From the NCBI RefSeq assembly GCF_009914755.1, contig NC_060929.1: a DNA stretch of 64,000 bases. One strand, given 5' to 3'. Position 1 is the first letter of the stretch. Every line of letters starts with the position of its first letter. Source of the DNA: the human T2T-CHM13v2.0 reference genome, Homo sapiens. A program made the position numbers and the translations under genes. This document shows, piece after piece, positions 26,706 to 38,710 of this stretch. Below the pieces are notes generated by a model that worked only from the letters and a program-made list of their open reading frames with translations, was not told the origin of the DNA and made no database searches.

Positions 26706-28149
26706 CTTCAAATGTGGAAGTGCAAAACAGTATATAGTATTTTGTTAATGCTGATATGAAAATACTTTCAAATAGATTTATTTCTAAAACTTCTAATCTG
26801 AAGTAACAATATTCTGATTTTAAACCAAAGTGTTTTGAATATAAGACAACTGAAATTGTCATGCATTGTGATAATAATCTTTAACATAAATAGTGCCAAA
26901 TATCTAAATTTCAAAAATTCACTAGGTGCAGCATTAACCCAAGAAGAATATACAGCATGTGGAATGTCTGTGATTGAGAATTTGCAATATACAAAGGATT
27001 TGTTATTTCAAGACAAGGTTTACACATATCTAAGGATTCTATGTTTATCTGTATTTCTGTACCTTCAGTTTTATATCTGATAGAGAATTACAGAAGAATG
27101 TCAAATCCATTATATCCGAAGCTAACACAATTTGTCAAATCGGGAAATGTTTGCAATGCAGTTGAGGTTACTGAAAGGGCTTATTTTATGCATTGCCTAA
27201 AGGCCAATTTAAAATACTTTGGGATTAGTGATGTGTATTCAGTACGGTTTATAAATTCTATTACCAATAATACCTTATTTTTCCAAGCAGTGTTTAACTA
27301 TACTGAGCACAGACAAATGCTCCTGTGTTCTGATTTCTGTTTTAGTCTGGCTTTCCATGACTTTGTGCACACAAATGAACCTTTCCTTGGCTTCAGACTG
27401 AGGCTAGTCCCAGAAAGAGAACCAGCCTTGAGACACATCAGACCAGGATGGTCAATATCTCTTTTCCCATTTGTAATAGCAGGAGGACTTTGCATAGTGA
27501 AGAATCATTTATAAAGCCTCTATATTTGGGTTGACATCTCTGAGGTTTATTTTTAAGTTGCTTCAGAGTCAAAGAGAAATGAAAAATTTTGGCCAGTTTT
27601 ACTTTATGGGTGTTAGTTGAGTTTAGGTTTTTAGGCTTAGGCCCACAGTGAGTGAGTCCAAACTTGGTCTTGTAGTCACTACCAAGTGATTTGGTGAGTT
27701 CTCTTTCTTCCAGTTGTGCTTCATTTTACAGTCTATTAAGTGAGAATCATAATACACATCTCCCAGGGCCTATTCACCTTATAGAAATGCAATCTTCATG
27801 AAATAACATCTGAAAGGTATGGTAAGGTTTTTTTTTTTTTTTTAAACGACACTACAAATTATGATACATTTCTTTCTTTTCCTGTAATCAGTATGTCCAA
27901 ATAAGGCTTGATCAGTAATTTGCTTGCAAGTGTGTGGCTGATTCAAAAATAACCACATGCATGAATAAATTTAATGCGACTTTACCTTTACTTACAAAAT
28001 TGTTAAATGTTGTTCATCAGAACATTGATTCTATCCCATTTCTTGAAATATCACAGAAACCTTCAATTCAAGGAATGGATTTTCACACTTCCCCTTTTAA
28101 CTGTTTCTTCTAGATACCTTACTATGTGTGTGCTTTTTCATTTTAAAAA

Positions 28150-29290
28150 ATCTTTACCCGGGGTTGTGGTGGAAGTGGGGATTAAAAATCTCGTCCTGCG
28201 TTTTGGTGCCCACTTCTTTGTTTGGAAAGCAGAGCGCTGGGACTCAATCCGGACGGCCCTCAAAGACCCAGACGAGGGACGCCTCTAGTTTGAGCAACTC
28301 ACTCCGCTGAGTTATTGATTGCAGGCAGCAACAATCCCTCCGGTTGATTTGTGTGAAAAGTGAATCCGCTCTGGCTGGGCGTTCAGCAGAGGCGCAACAG
28401 CTGCAACGCCATCCAATTATTGCCGATCCTCCCCTCCAACACTGCTCTCATCACCTATATACTCTTCTCTCTGCCCGTCTCTGCTTCCCCCCCCTTCCCC
28501 CCCCCCTTTTCTCCCGGCCGACGGAGCTGAAGGGGCGGGGGTTCCTTCCTTGGAGTGTTTCTAGAGCTCGGAGGCTGCTGGTAGGGGGTGAGTGCGCCAC
28601 GTGCGTGCGCCACGGGCGAGCAGGAGGCAGGCTCTGGGCCCTTCTGGGGACCTGCTGGACCTGCTGGACCTGGGTGCGACGAGTGGGCGGCCACGCTGGT
28701 TTGGCGCGGGGAAGGAAGGGGGTGTGCCGACTTGTATTTAGTTGGGGGTTGTGGAAGTCACGGCTGGGGGAAAAGCGTCCGGTGGTTTGTTGGTAAAGAG
28801 GGTGCGTGATGGGCTCTGGGGAATGGAGGAGGGCGCAACGGCTGTGGGTGGACTGTGGAAACGGGCGGTGGCAGTGCCGGGGTAGTTGTCCTGCTGGTCT
28901 GGTTTTGGGATCCTGGGCTGGAGAAATGCGATCCAAAAGAGCTCGGGATGGGCTCAGAGCGACCCACGAAAATACCAGGGGCCAAGTAAAATGAACCCAC
29001 CCTTTAACAGTGCACAAAGCGCTGGCACACGGTCCACGTCTGGTGACGCAGGCTGCCCGAAGCGCTCCAACCATTTTGCAAACCTGGGAGAGCAAGAGGG
29101 GCTCTGCAGGTCTAGCCGCCGCCCCTGTCCCACTCTGGCCAGCCGGAGTTTTTCACCTGACAGACCAATAGGAAAGAACACGGGCCCCAAACTGGATTTT
29201 ATAGTCTGAGCTCTCAGCATCTAAGGAATTATATTTCAAAAAACAAAAGCCAACTCATAGCTCTATTAAGCTAACGCGTGTGCGAGTTTT
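28150..29290. promoter_or_regulatory. Second CpG island, probable alternative promoter of the antisense lncRNA
   Basis: High GC and CpG content. GC box GGGGCGGGG at ~28531, E-box CACGTG at 28598-28603, + strand donor GGG|GTGAGT at 28588. Confidence 0.8.
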
Positions 29291-29549
29291 GGCTAGGAAA
29301 AAGCCACAAAGTAAAGCAAGAAGTAGGGTATTCAGGATAAAACACACACTTTAAAGACAAAACAGAAAACTTCCTTTCCCCTTGTACCCCCTTTATTTGT
29401 TAACACAGGGGAACGGTTCTGGGATGTCTTACAAAAATGCTGTCACTAAATGCAGATATCTGTGCTGTTCTTTGACCTGTCTGGCATTGTGGAATACTCA
29501 ATTACATCGAAGGTGTAAAAACGTTTATGTTATCATGTTCTTGAAACAT

Positions 29550-29740
29550 TTAGCGGCTACCAAGATGGTAGCTATTTAAATTAATTAAAATAAGATAAAA
29601 TAAAAATAAATTCTGTCCCTCAGTTCCACTGGCCATATTTCAAGTGCTCAATAGCCACATGTGGCTAGTGGCTCCCTTACTGGACAGCGACATGTCAAAC
29701 GTTTCCATCACTGCATAAAGTTCTGCTGGAGAATACTGCT
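29550..29740 (-). mobile_element. MER3 (hAT-Charlie) DNA transposon fossil
   Basis: ATTTCAAGTGCTCAATAGCCACATGTGGCTAGTGGCT...TGGACAGCG...TTTCCATCACTGCATAAAGTTCT. Confidence 0.82.
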
Positions 29741-29889
29741 ATAGAGTTCAAAATGAATGCTGGTTAAAAAAAGAAAGAAAGAAAGAAATTACTTTATGAC
29801 TGATACCAGCCACATTTTAGGACACTCTTGGAGTTTCTGTTACTTGGCACTAGTGTGAGAAGCTTTAAAGTCAGACTTTCAGTATCTTC

Positions 29890-30000
29890 CTGCTGAAAGA
29901 GACCTTGGGGAACACTTCACCCAGACACCTAATTTTTTTATAGGCAAGAGAAATCAGGCCCAGAGAAGTTAAGTGATGCCCCCAAAGTTATGTCATAAAT
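29890..30000 (-). mobile_element. MIR fragment
   Basis: GAGAAATCAGGCCCAGAGAAGTTAAGTGATGCCCCCAAAGT. Confidence 0.55.
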
Positions 30001-30500
30001 TTGGAAAGAAGATAAGGTCCCCTAACAGGGTCCAGTATACTTTGTGCCAGACAAGGACATCTTTCTAGGCAAATTCATCTTACAGAAAGTCAACTTGACT
30101 GAAAATTTTAGGCAAGAGTACCCTTTTACAAGAAAAAATACTGCTAAGTATTCCTCCAGGAAGAAATTCCATTTAACAAAGAATGAGGAGCATGGGGAAT
30201 AATACTATCTCCCAAACTAAAAATGTATTATTGGTAGTGTCATAGATTCATATAATGCCTTTTCTAAGAGGCTAATTGGGATAACACTGTGCTTCATTCT
30301 ACTTTAAAAATTCTGAGGAAATGGGATTATCCTCTTAAAGAGCTAAAAAGCATTCTTAAGGTCAGGGAGGAAAGGTGTCACCTAAAGTGAAAATTTTTAG
30401 CAAAGCATAATCTTTCTCAAATTTGATAAAGATATCGGAGACATTGATTATGATATAACTAGGATGGAATTGGCTCAGAAATGTTAATAACCAACCAACC

Positions 30501-30817
30501 TTTTTTTTTTTTTTTTTTTTTTTGAGACGCAGTCTCGCTCTGTCGCCCAGGCTTGAGTGCAGTGGTGCGATCTTGGCTCGGCTCACTGAAAGCTCCACCT
30601 CCTGGGTTCATGCCATTCTCCTGCCTCAGCCTCCCGAGTAGCTGGGACTACAGGCGTCCACCACCACGCCCAGCTAATATTTTCTTTTTTTGTATTTTTA
30701 GTAGAGACGGGGTTTCACCATGTTAGCCAGGATGGTCTCGATCTCCTGACCTCGTGATCTGCCTGTCTCGGCCACCCAAAGTACTGGGATTACAGGCGTG
30801 AACCACTGCACCCGGCC
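30501..30817 (-). mobile_element. AluY
   Basis: T23 tail; AAGCTCCACCTCCTGGGTTCATGCCATTCTCC; TTAGCCAGGATGGTCTCGATCTCCTGACCTCGTGATC. Confidence 0.93.
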
Positions 30818-31399
30818 CAAACAAAACATTATTACAAATTACACTATCTGAAACATATAAGGCAACAGAATACATCATAAAGATTTAGACAAAGCATAAG
30901 CTTTCTTATTAGTTTTATTGTTTTGTTTTGTTCTGTCTTTTGGGTTTGTTTTGTTTTTAATGCCATGTTTGTATTCTATATATCTTATTGTTAATTAGGA
31001 GTGAACTGTTGGTATTAATTCTGCTCTTTTATAGTAGTTACCTTTTAACTTAACCCTTAGTTAAGGATCCCCGAAGTGTCCAAATAAGAGTACTTATGAA
31101 TATTAAATAATTTTAAATTAATAACAATAAATTATTTTAAAAGTGTAGATTTACATTTTTATTTGAATTATTGTCTTTATTGCTCTTCTTAATTTACCAT
31201 TTGCGTGTGGTTCAGCATTCTTCCCATTCTCCCTAAAATCCAGTATCCTTAGAGAAAATGTTTCACTTCTTCAGGTGCTTGTAGACATGGAAGAAGGCCT
31301 CACCTTCTCCATGGCTGACAACCGAGAAGGCTGGTCTGACTTGGAAGAGGCTGTGTGGCCAACAGCCAATTGGCTGTATCACATGGTAACTGTTTGATT

Positions 31400-31560
31400 A
31401 TGCATATGGTTTAAATCTCCCTTTGCCTCAGTTTCCTCATTTGTAAAATGTGGAACAAAATGTGCTATCCTCAAAACTTTGTTTAAGGATTAAATGAGCT
31501 ATTCAGCATAAAGCACAGGGCTGGAAAAGTGACAAACTGCGGTAAAAATTAGCCATTCTT
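31400..31560 (+). mobile_element. MIR SINE
   Basis: TTTAAATCTCCCTTTGCCTCAGTTTCCTCATTTGTAAAATG...AGGATTAAATGAG. Confidence 0.75.
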
Positions 31561-32406
31561 AATCTAATGCAAAGAATTTCCACTTCTATACCATTAAGTT
31601 CTTTATTCACCTATACTGGGGTTATCACAGCAGAAAGAAGTAGGTCATCCGAGAGGTAGGAATTGGTTCAGGATGAGATTTACCTTGGAAGAGGTAAAAT
31701 GTTTTAAAATACCATGACTTAAGTGTACAGGTTGCCTTATTTCCCTTTCACTGACATCATGCCTCTAGGATATTTTTTCTTTTTTGGGGGGATGCTTTAT
31801 TATACTTGTTAGCCACTTGGTTGCTGAAAAGGCACTGAAAACTCAGAGTCTATCCTCTTTTCACCCTGGTTGACCTTTGGAATGCTATTGTCAGCCAAGA
31901 TGACATTGATATCTTCAGTCTCCCCCTAGCTTGAATTCTTTAGGTCAGAGTCCGCTCAGATTGTCTCCTGATGTCATTCCAAGTGTCTGATGGCCGTCTA
32001 TGGCAACTGGGTTGGGCAAAAGCCTGCTGGGAAGGGGTAGCCCACAGAATGCCTAATGGAGCGTTCTGTTCAAGAGGACCTAGAAGTAGTTCTGTTAGAC
32101 ATATGATCAACACTACAGCTGTGTTAGGGGACTGTACCATTTCTTGAAAAACAGAAGCATAGTCATTTTGCATTTTTGGTTCTAATAAAGTCCCACCTGA
32201 GATGTTTATGATTTATACTGATTTTATGATTAAGTATGTATTACAGAAAAAAACAGACTTAGAGAATGTCAATAAAAATTTTATATCTGATATTCACGCT
32301 AACACTAGTTATTAAGTGAAGACCCCAAGTTAAGACAGAAGAGTTTAGAAAAGAAGGAAAAGAGCTACCGCATGGCAAAATGTACATTATTCTATCTTTC
32401 TAGGTA

Positions 32407-32630
32407 TTTTTCTTTTTCTTTCTTTTCTTTTTTTTTTTTATGGAGTCTTGCTCTGTTGCCCAGGCTGGAGTGCAGTGGTGTGATCTTGGCTCACTGCAAC
32501 CTCTGCCTCCCATAGAGATGGGGTTTCAACATGTTGGCCAGGTTGGTCTTGAACTCCTGACCTGAGGTAATCCGCCCACTTTGGCCTCCCAAAGTGCTGG
32601 GATTACAGGCTTGAGCTACTGTACCAAGCC
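32407..32630 (-). mobile_element. AluS with internal deletion, TSD retained
   Basis: The sequence jumps from CTCTGCCTCCCA directly to TAGAGATGGGGTTTC. TSD TTTCTAGGTA at 32397-32406 and 32632-32641. Confidence 0.9.
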
Positions 32631-33182
32631 ATTTCTAGGTAATTTTTTAAATGACTATGTTCTACTTATCTGGATCTTACAAAATTATTTATAAAATATT
32701 TTATTTATAATCCTAAATTTTAAACCAAGCAATATAATAGAAAATGTTATGTTTTCAAGAAGGTAAGATCATGCATAGATCTATATGCTTTCAATACGTA
32801 ATTTTATAGAAATTGTGGAACAAGGAGGCACATAATTATATCAATATTCTAATTTCTTAGGAAGAAACAGAATTTTCACTGGGAGGAGTTTCTAAATTAT
32901 TTTGTAATATGGTGAGAATTAAAAGTAAAACTCAATAAAACTTTTAAATTTAAGTGAGTGATTAAAACCAGTTTGTTTCACCAAAGTACTGATTGAGTCA
33001 AAGACTCAAACAAAAGGCCAGATTTCCTACGGACTATTACTTATTTATTCATTTATACTAAATGTGTAGTTAAATCTTTTAAATCAGTAATGTTCTTAGT
33101 CATAATACAATGATATCTGGAGTATATATGCAAAAATAATACTATCTTATTAGAATGTGGGTTGAAATGAATATTTGAAGTA

Positions 33183-33435
33183 CCTAACATTTAATGGCCA
33201 CATACTATTTGTCAGGCTCTGTATTAATTGCTTTATAAACTTTTGTTTCCTTTTATTCAAAGAACAACCTTTTAGACATGTACTATTATTGTCCCCATTT
33301 TAAGATTTTACACACTAAAGCTGTGAGTGCTGACATGACCTGCCCAGGGCCACATAGTTCCTAAGTGCCAAACGACATAAAACCAATGTGTTTGTTTCCA
33401 ATACTCTACCCTTAGCTATGATGCTATACTGCTTC
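33183..33435 (-). mobile_element. MIR SINE, near full length
   Basis: CTAACATTTA...TACTATTATTGTCCCCATTTTAAGAT...GACCTGCCCAGGGCCACATAG...ATGCTATACTGC. Confidence 0.75.
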
Positions 33436-33979
33436 CTTGTATTCATAACGTTTGTTCACTTATAGTGATAATATAATAGATATTTTTGTCCCACCAGAAA
33501 ATATTTCAGAAATACATATCTAAAGGCATGTCATCCTCTTTAAGGTAGACACTTTAGAAGACTATTCATTTATTTCAGTAATGTTGTCTTTGCTCAAGTC
33601 TATTTAGAAATCTCCTCAGGGATTTGCTACACAGTCTTAAAACTGGCCTGATTGTTGGCAAATCCTTATCATTAAGGATGAATTTTTTCCAAAAGTAAAT
33701 CCAAGCCAAATGTAGTAAACAGGATGAAAACTAAGATTTGAGTATAAAGCATTAGATTATTTGATATTTGTCTCATAAATTGACACTAATTGAAGATATA
33801 AAAGAGGAATTTCAAAGTATTTTTGCTATGATTTTATAACCTTTAAGGAGACAGTTTTGACAAGTAACACTCGTAAAAGGTCTGGTATTTTTTTTAAAAA
33901 GTCATTTTCACTAAATTAATAGTTATAGATCATGTATAAACAGCATGGGAAATGTTCTTTTCAAAGAGTATAAAATGGG

Positions 33980-34200
33980 CAGCGGAGGGTAACTAGGAAA
34001 CTCTGGAGCAGAATCCACGTTTAGACACTAAATAATTGTTTTGACCTTAATTTTCTAAATGCCCTTTTTGTAAAATGGGGAAGGTGGCAGGAACTACCCA
34101 TGATAATGATTTTGCCGAGAGAAGCACATGAAATTGTACTTCTGTGGCCACTTAGTGCCTCGCATATAGAAAATTCTCAATAAATGTTAGCTATTATATA
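33980..34200 (+). mobile_element. MIR SINE, degenerate
   Basis: ACTCTGGAGCAGA...TGTAAAATGGGGA...AGTGCCTCGCATATAG...CTCAATAAATGTTAGCTATTA. Confidence 0.65.
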
Positions 34201-36052
34201 CCATTTCACTTTCAAGAAATACCCCATATTCCTGGAAAACATCTCAATGTTGTAGTTATGTAATGATATTTTAAAAGATGTTTTCTTTTCTGTCAGTTTC
34301 ATGCTTCCAAACAGTTATTTTATGTAAAGTATTTGATATATAAAGTAAATATAAACATTTATGGTCGTATGTTTATTCAGTTAATATGTATTATATCAAG
34401 AAGTCTTACATGTTGGACTGCTAACTATATTATCCTTGTCAGTGTTCTATATAATATTGTCTTTAGATAAACTTTTTTGGGGTATTCTTATTGGATTTCA
34501 TCAGACTTATGAAAGTAATGACATACCCATTTGCCCAGAATGATGCTCCAAGATTTTATTTTTTAGTTACCTCAGACATCTTCTAAATTGTTTATTCATT
34601 ATATAATCTTAAATTTAAGGGAACTGAGCATAAATATGTTGAATTAGTGGCTTCCTATTAGATCCCAGTGAACTCCTCTTAAAACAGGGCTCTTATCTGT
34701 GTAGCATATGCGCAGTTGTGATGTTGTGAAAGTTTGTCTTTACATCACTCTCTTCCCTATACTCACCTTCAGCAGGCCCTGCTTTCACTTTGGCATGCTC
34801 CACTCACCCAGCAGCAATTTTTACAATCAGTAATAGCTCTTTCACGAGTGCTTCTTTCTCCTCTGGGCCTTCCACTGATGCGACCTACAAAGTCCTTTCA
34901 TCCCTCAGCCGCCCCTTTATGTCCGTGGAATTCTTTCCAACTATGTTCTATCAGAGGAGCCGGCCACTACAGCCGCCTAATCCATGACACGGTATCATTG
35001 TGCAATCACTTTAAATGAACCTCTCTTCAAAAGTTTTCTGAAAAGAATTCATAATCCAAAGGAGTATCCATGCTTCCACAGATACCCTGCTGTGTTGGTC
35101 AGGTGGTGTTTTAGGGAGCACTTTCAGTATGTCTCAGGTCCCTCCCACCAGCAGCCACTTCATTTGTCCACACAGATCTAAGCCTTGGATGCAAGCAAAT
35201 GGGAAACCTGGCCCTTACTTGAGGAAGCAATTTTGTTTTTGAAAATGTTGGGATTGGAAGATGAACTCTCTATCAGCAAAATATTAAGATACTCCTTGAA
35301 AATTTATATACTTAAAAAATTGTACATTGCATTACCTGTTCCCCTGGTCTCTTTTTCTATTCCCTCTTTGCAATATGAGGCAGGCAGCCACTGCGTGTCC
35401 CTTGTACCATAGTGACTATGTTGTCACTCAGACTTACCCTGTGTGCTCTCCCTTCTGCCCCACCAAAGCCACCAGAGGTGTAATTAGTGATTATTTATCC
35501 AGAAATGTCTTGAACAGGGTTTAAGAACTCTTTGAAGAGAATATGTACCACTTGTTGGATGAAAGAGAGAATTTGAAACGGTTGGGGAGAGGTTTAGGGA
35601 CAGAGGGCAAATTTCATTCTGCCTTCTATCTCCTCTATTAAATCACAGATAAAGCATCTTCCTATGTGCAAAGACAGGGTACATAAACAAATATTTCCCA
35701 ACTTAGTGTAGTCTTAAATCTTTAAATAAAGAGTATCCATATCAAATGGAATGCAATTTTATATTAAAAATCATCACTCAAGATTCAAAAGGAAGAAATA
35801 AGATTCTAAGTAAAAGATTTTGAACACTACTAAAGTAAGAAACATTCTACAACTTTCTTATTCCTTTTGACCCCTTTAGCAAAGGCTAAATAGCTAGCCA
35901 ACAGATTTCCTCCCAACTATTCCATTTAACTTCCTTTCTTCCTTCCATCTGTCATTCGTTCATTCTTTCCTTCCTTCCTTCATCTTTTCTGCTTCCTCTT
36001 TTCATTTTCAAGTTGTAAATTCTTTAGTATCAGTTGTGAACTCAGTAAAGCT

Positions 36053-36080
36053 ACACACACACACACACACACACACGCAC
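36053..36080. repeat. (CA)n microsatellite
   Basis: ACACACACACACACACACACACACGCAC. Confidence 0.9.
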
Positions 36081-36989
36081 AACTGGTTATTAACAGGATT
36101 TTTCCTTTGCGTTGGAAAATTACATTTTCTGTTTCAGAACCATAGGGTATTATTCTTTTTTGATTTATCAGAATCACTTCAAAATAAAATACCTTCACTA
36201 AAGGAGCTTATTTCTAAACAATTGATGATGCATGTTATAGATAATATGGTCATAGAATAACTTCTATGATTATTTTTTGTTATTAATCACTGTAATTACT
36301 CTATGATTGCAATGATGATTAACTTACAATGAATAAGGTCTGTGCTTGTGTTGGTTATATAGTATTTGTGAAGGATTTATGTTCATGCATCCACACAGTC
36401 TCATCTCATCCTTACGTAGCCGTGAGATTCTAGTCTGTGTAGCCTACGGCCACAAAATAAACTCACCCACAGGAGAATAAAGCCTATGGTTTCTCTCACA
36501 TTATCAGTGGGCTATAAGCTCTTAAACTCCACAGGTCAGTGATGATTAATTGAGCATTCTAAAACTTGGTGAATGTGTATGCTCTACACTCTCATACGTT
36601 CCATAATAAGCACTGTCTGTATTGTTTGAATGACTGTCCTGAAGAGTTCGCTCAAGCCGTTTTATCACATTTCAAGCTGTATTATTTAGCATCTTAAACT
36701 TAAGAAAAACTTAAGAATGATTTTTTTTCTGGCTTTTCACTAGTATTTGATGACACTTATTTTCCAGTCTACATAAGATAATTAAAATAAATGAACTACT
36801 CAACACAGTAGTGTTTAATTATAGCAGACAATACATTTTAAAAGGTAAAGTCTATACTTGTGTGCATATGCTCCCTTTCATCTTTTGGGACTTGGGATCA
36901 CTAAATGTTAGTTTTCCTGTTACTGTAGAGCAGGAGAACTGATCCTCTTCACAAAAGAGGGCTCCTTGTGAGGATGTTAACAGTCTAGC

Positions 36990-37125
36990 TCAAAGAACCA
37001 AAGTGCCTCAGAATCACCCAGGTGCATGTTAAAATCCAGATTCATGGGCCCCACCTCAGGCCCACTTAGCTGCAATCTCAGGAATCTGCATTATAACAGG
37101 CTCCTCAGGTGGTTCTTCCATAGCA
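36990..37125. mobile_element. MER5A-like fragment
   Basis: TCAGAATCACCCAGG...GTTAAAATCCAGATTCATGGGCCCCACC...CAGGAATCTGCATTATAACAGGCTCCTCAGGTGGTTCT. Confidence 0.7.
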
Positions 37126-38589
37126 CTTATTTGCATGCTACTCTCTTAAGGTGAGGGGAAGCATAAGATCCACAGGTCCCTCTAATGCCATAATTTTTTT
37201 TTCTCTCCGTTTGTTATTCACTCCTGTTCTCTCCACTAATGTTCACAAATTTTGTGGAACTTTTAAAGTCATGAGAACCTTTCAAGATAGTAAGATGAAT
37301 CTTGATTCAAAATTGTAAACAAGAAAAAAAGACATGCCACAAATATTCTGCCTGTTGAAATTAGAAAACCAGTTAAGCAATATGGAAACCTAATTATCTC
37401 AAATTTCTGTACAATTCTTCATCTTTACTTAATTGAGGGATAGCCATTATCTTTTCTTGGATGGAATCGGTTCATTGGGTCCTGATACCTCTGCAAAACC
37501 TGTAAAATGGGCTTCAGATCCAGGGACCTCTACCATTGGTGATAAGTGACTCCCAAACATTTTCATCCTTCAGTGACTGCCACCTGCTGTGAGCCTAGAC
37601 TCCAGGAAAATAGGACTGGCACTGGTCATAGTCACTTGAGGAATGTGGCTTCTCTGTAAAGAGATTTTCAATCAATGCAGATGTTCCTTGTGACCTCAGT
37701 AATCACCTCCATCTGCCAAGCAGTCATAAAGGGCCTGCACATCTTTGCCAACCTTGTCAACAGAGTGATCCATATCTTAGGTCTTTAACCTCTTTTGTAT
37801 TAAGATTTTTTAAAAAATACATTAATCATGTTTTAATTCTGTCCTCATGAACATAAAAATAGCAATAATAAATGATTATTACTATTGCAAAAGTATTGCT
37901 TTAGTTTACAAGTTTTCCTTAAAAATATTGAACTCCCCAGCTGTATTTATCCATTCTTTCATTCCATTTATTCATCATACATAACCTAAATACCTATATG
38001 TAGCAGACATATTGTACTAGGATTCAGATATTTTTAACACTGTTTCTTGTTCCAACATTTTCCTGACATAAATAAATATATTATCATGCTGGCTTACAGC
38101 ATTGTGTGTGGAGAATATCTTTCTAAGTTTAAAAATTTTCCTGTCATTCTATAAAATTAAAAATATTAAATGACCATTCAGTACTTTTTTGTCAATTCAG
38201 CCTTATAGTGCATACTGAAAAGTTCAAAGCTTCGTGTCATAATATAATTTTGAGAATGAGACTTTTTGTATTATGTTACTAGGGTCCCCAAGTGGAAAAA
38301 ATAAGGCCTGCTGCTCTGGAGTATATTGCAAAGTGATTTTGTTTTCCCCACTGACTTCACAGGCTAGATAGTGTGTCAGTTTTAATTACTTGGAATGCTT
38401 ACATGGTGGGCTACTTATAGCAATAGGGATAGGGTGGGGCCCAGTCATTGCAGACAGGAACCCACCAATAATATTCCAGATTCCTTTTGAGACTTCCTCA
38501 CATGAAACAGAGGAAATATCTTTCATTGGATAACTAAAACTTACTTTCCTATGATTTGTACAAAATGGCCAAAAAGGCCCATCCATTCA

Positions 38590-38710
38590 TTAGCCTCACA
38601 GAGGTTAAGTGACTTGTTTCCAGTCACAAAATGACTTTGCAGTGAAACAGAGAGTCTAACTCAAATCTTCCTACTTCTGCTCTGGTGCTCTTTGAAGAAC
38701 ACTCTTTAAC
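38590..38710 (-). mobile_element. MIR fragment
   Basis: CTCACAGAGGTTAAGTGACTTGTTTCCAGTCACA. Confidence 0.6.

Noticed and set aside
27041-27514. 157-aa ATG-initiated ORF on +
   Set aside because: No recognisable homology and intron-like composition. It cannot be fully excluded without Ribo-seq or PhyloCSF.
28344-29220. Overlapping 70-214 aa ORFs in the second CpG island
   Set aside because: Stop-codon depletion from high GC content; no recognisable domain.
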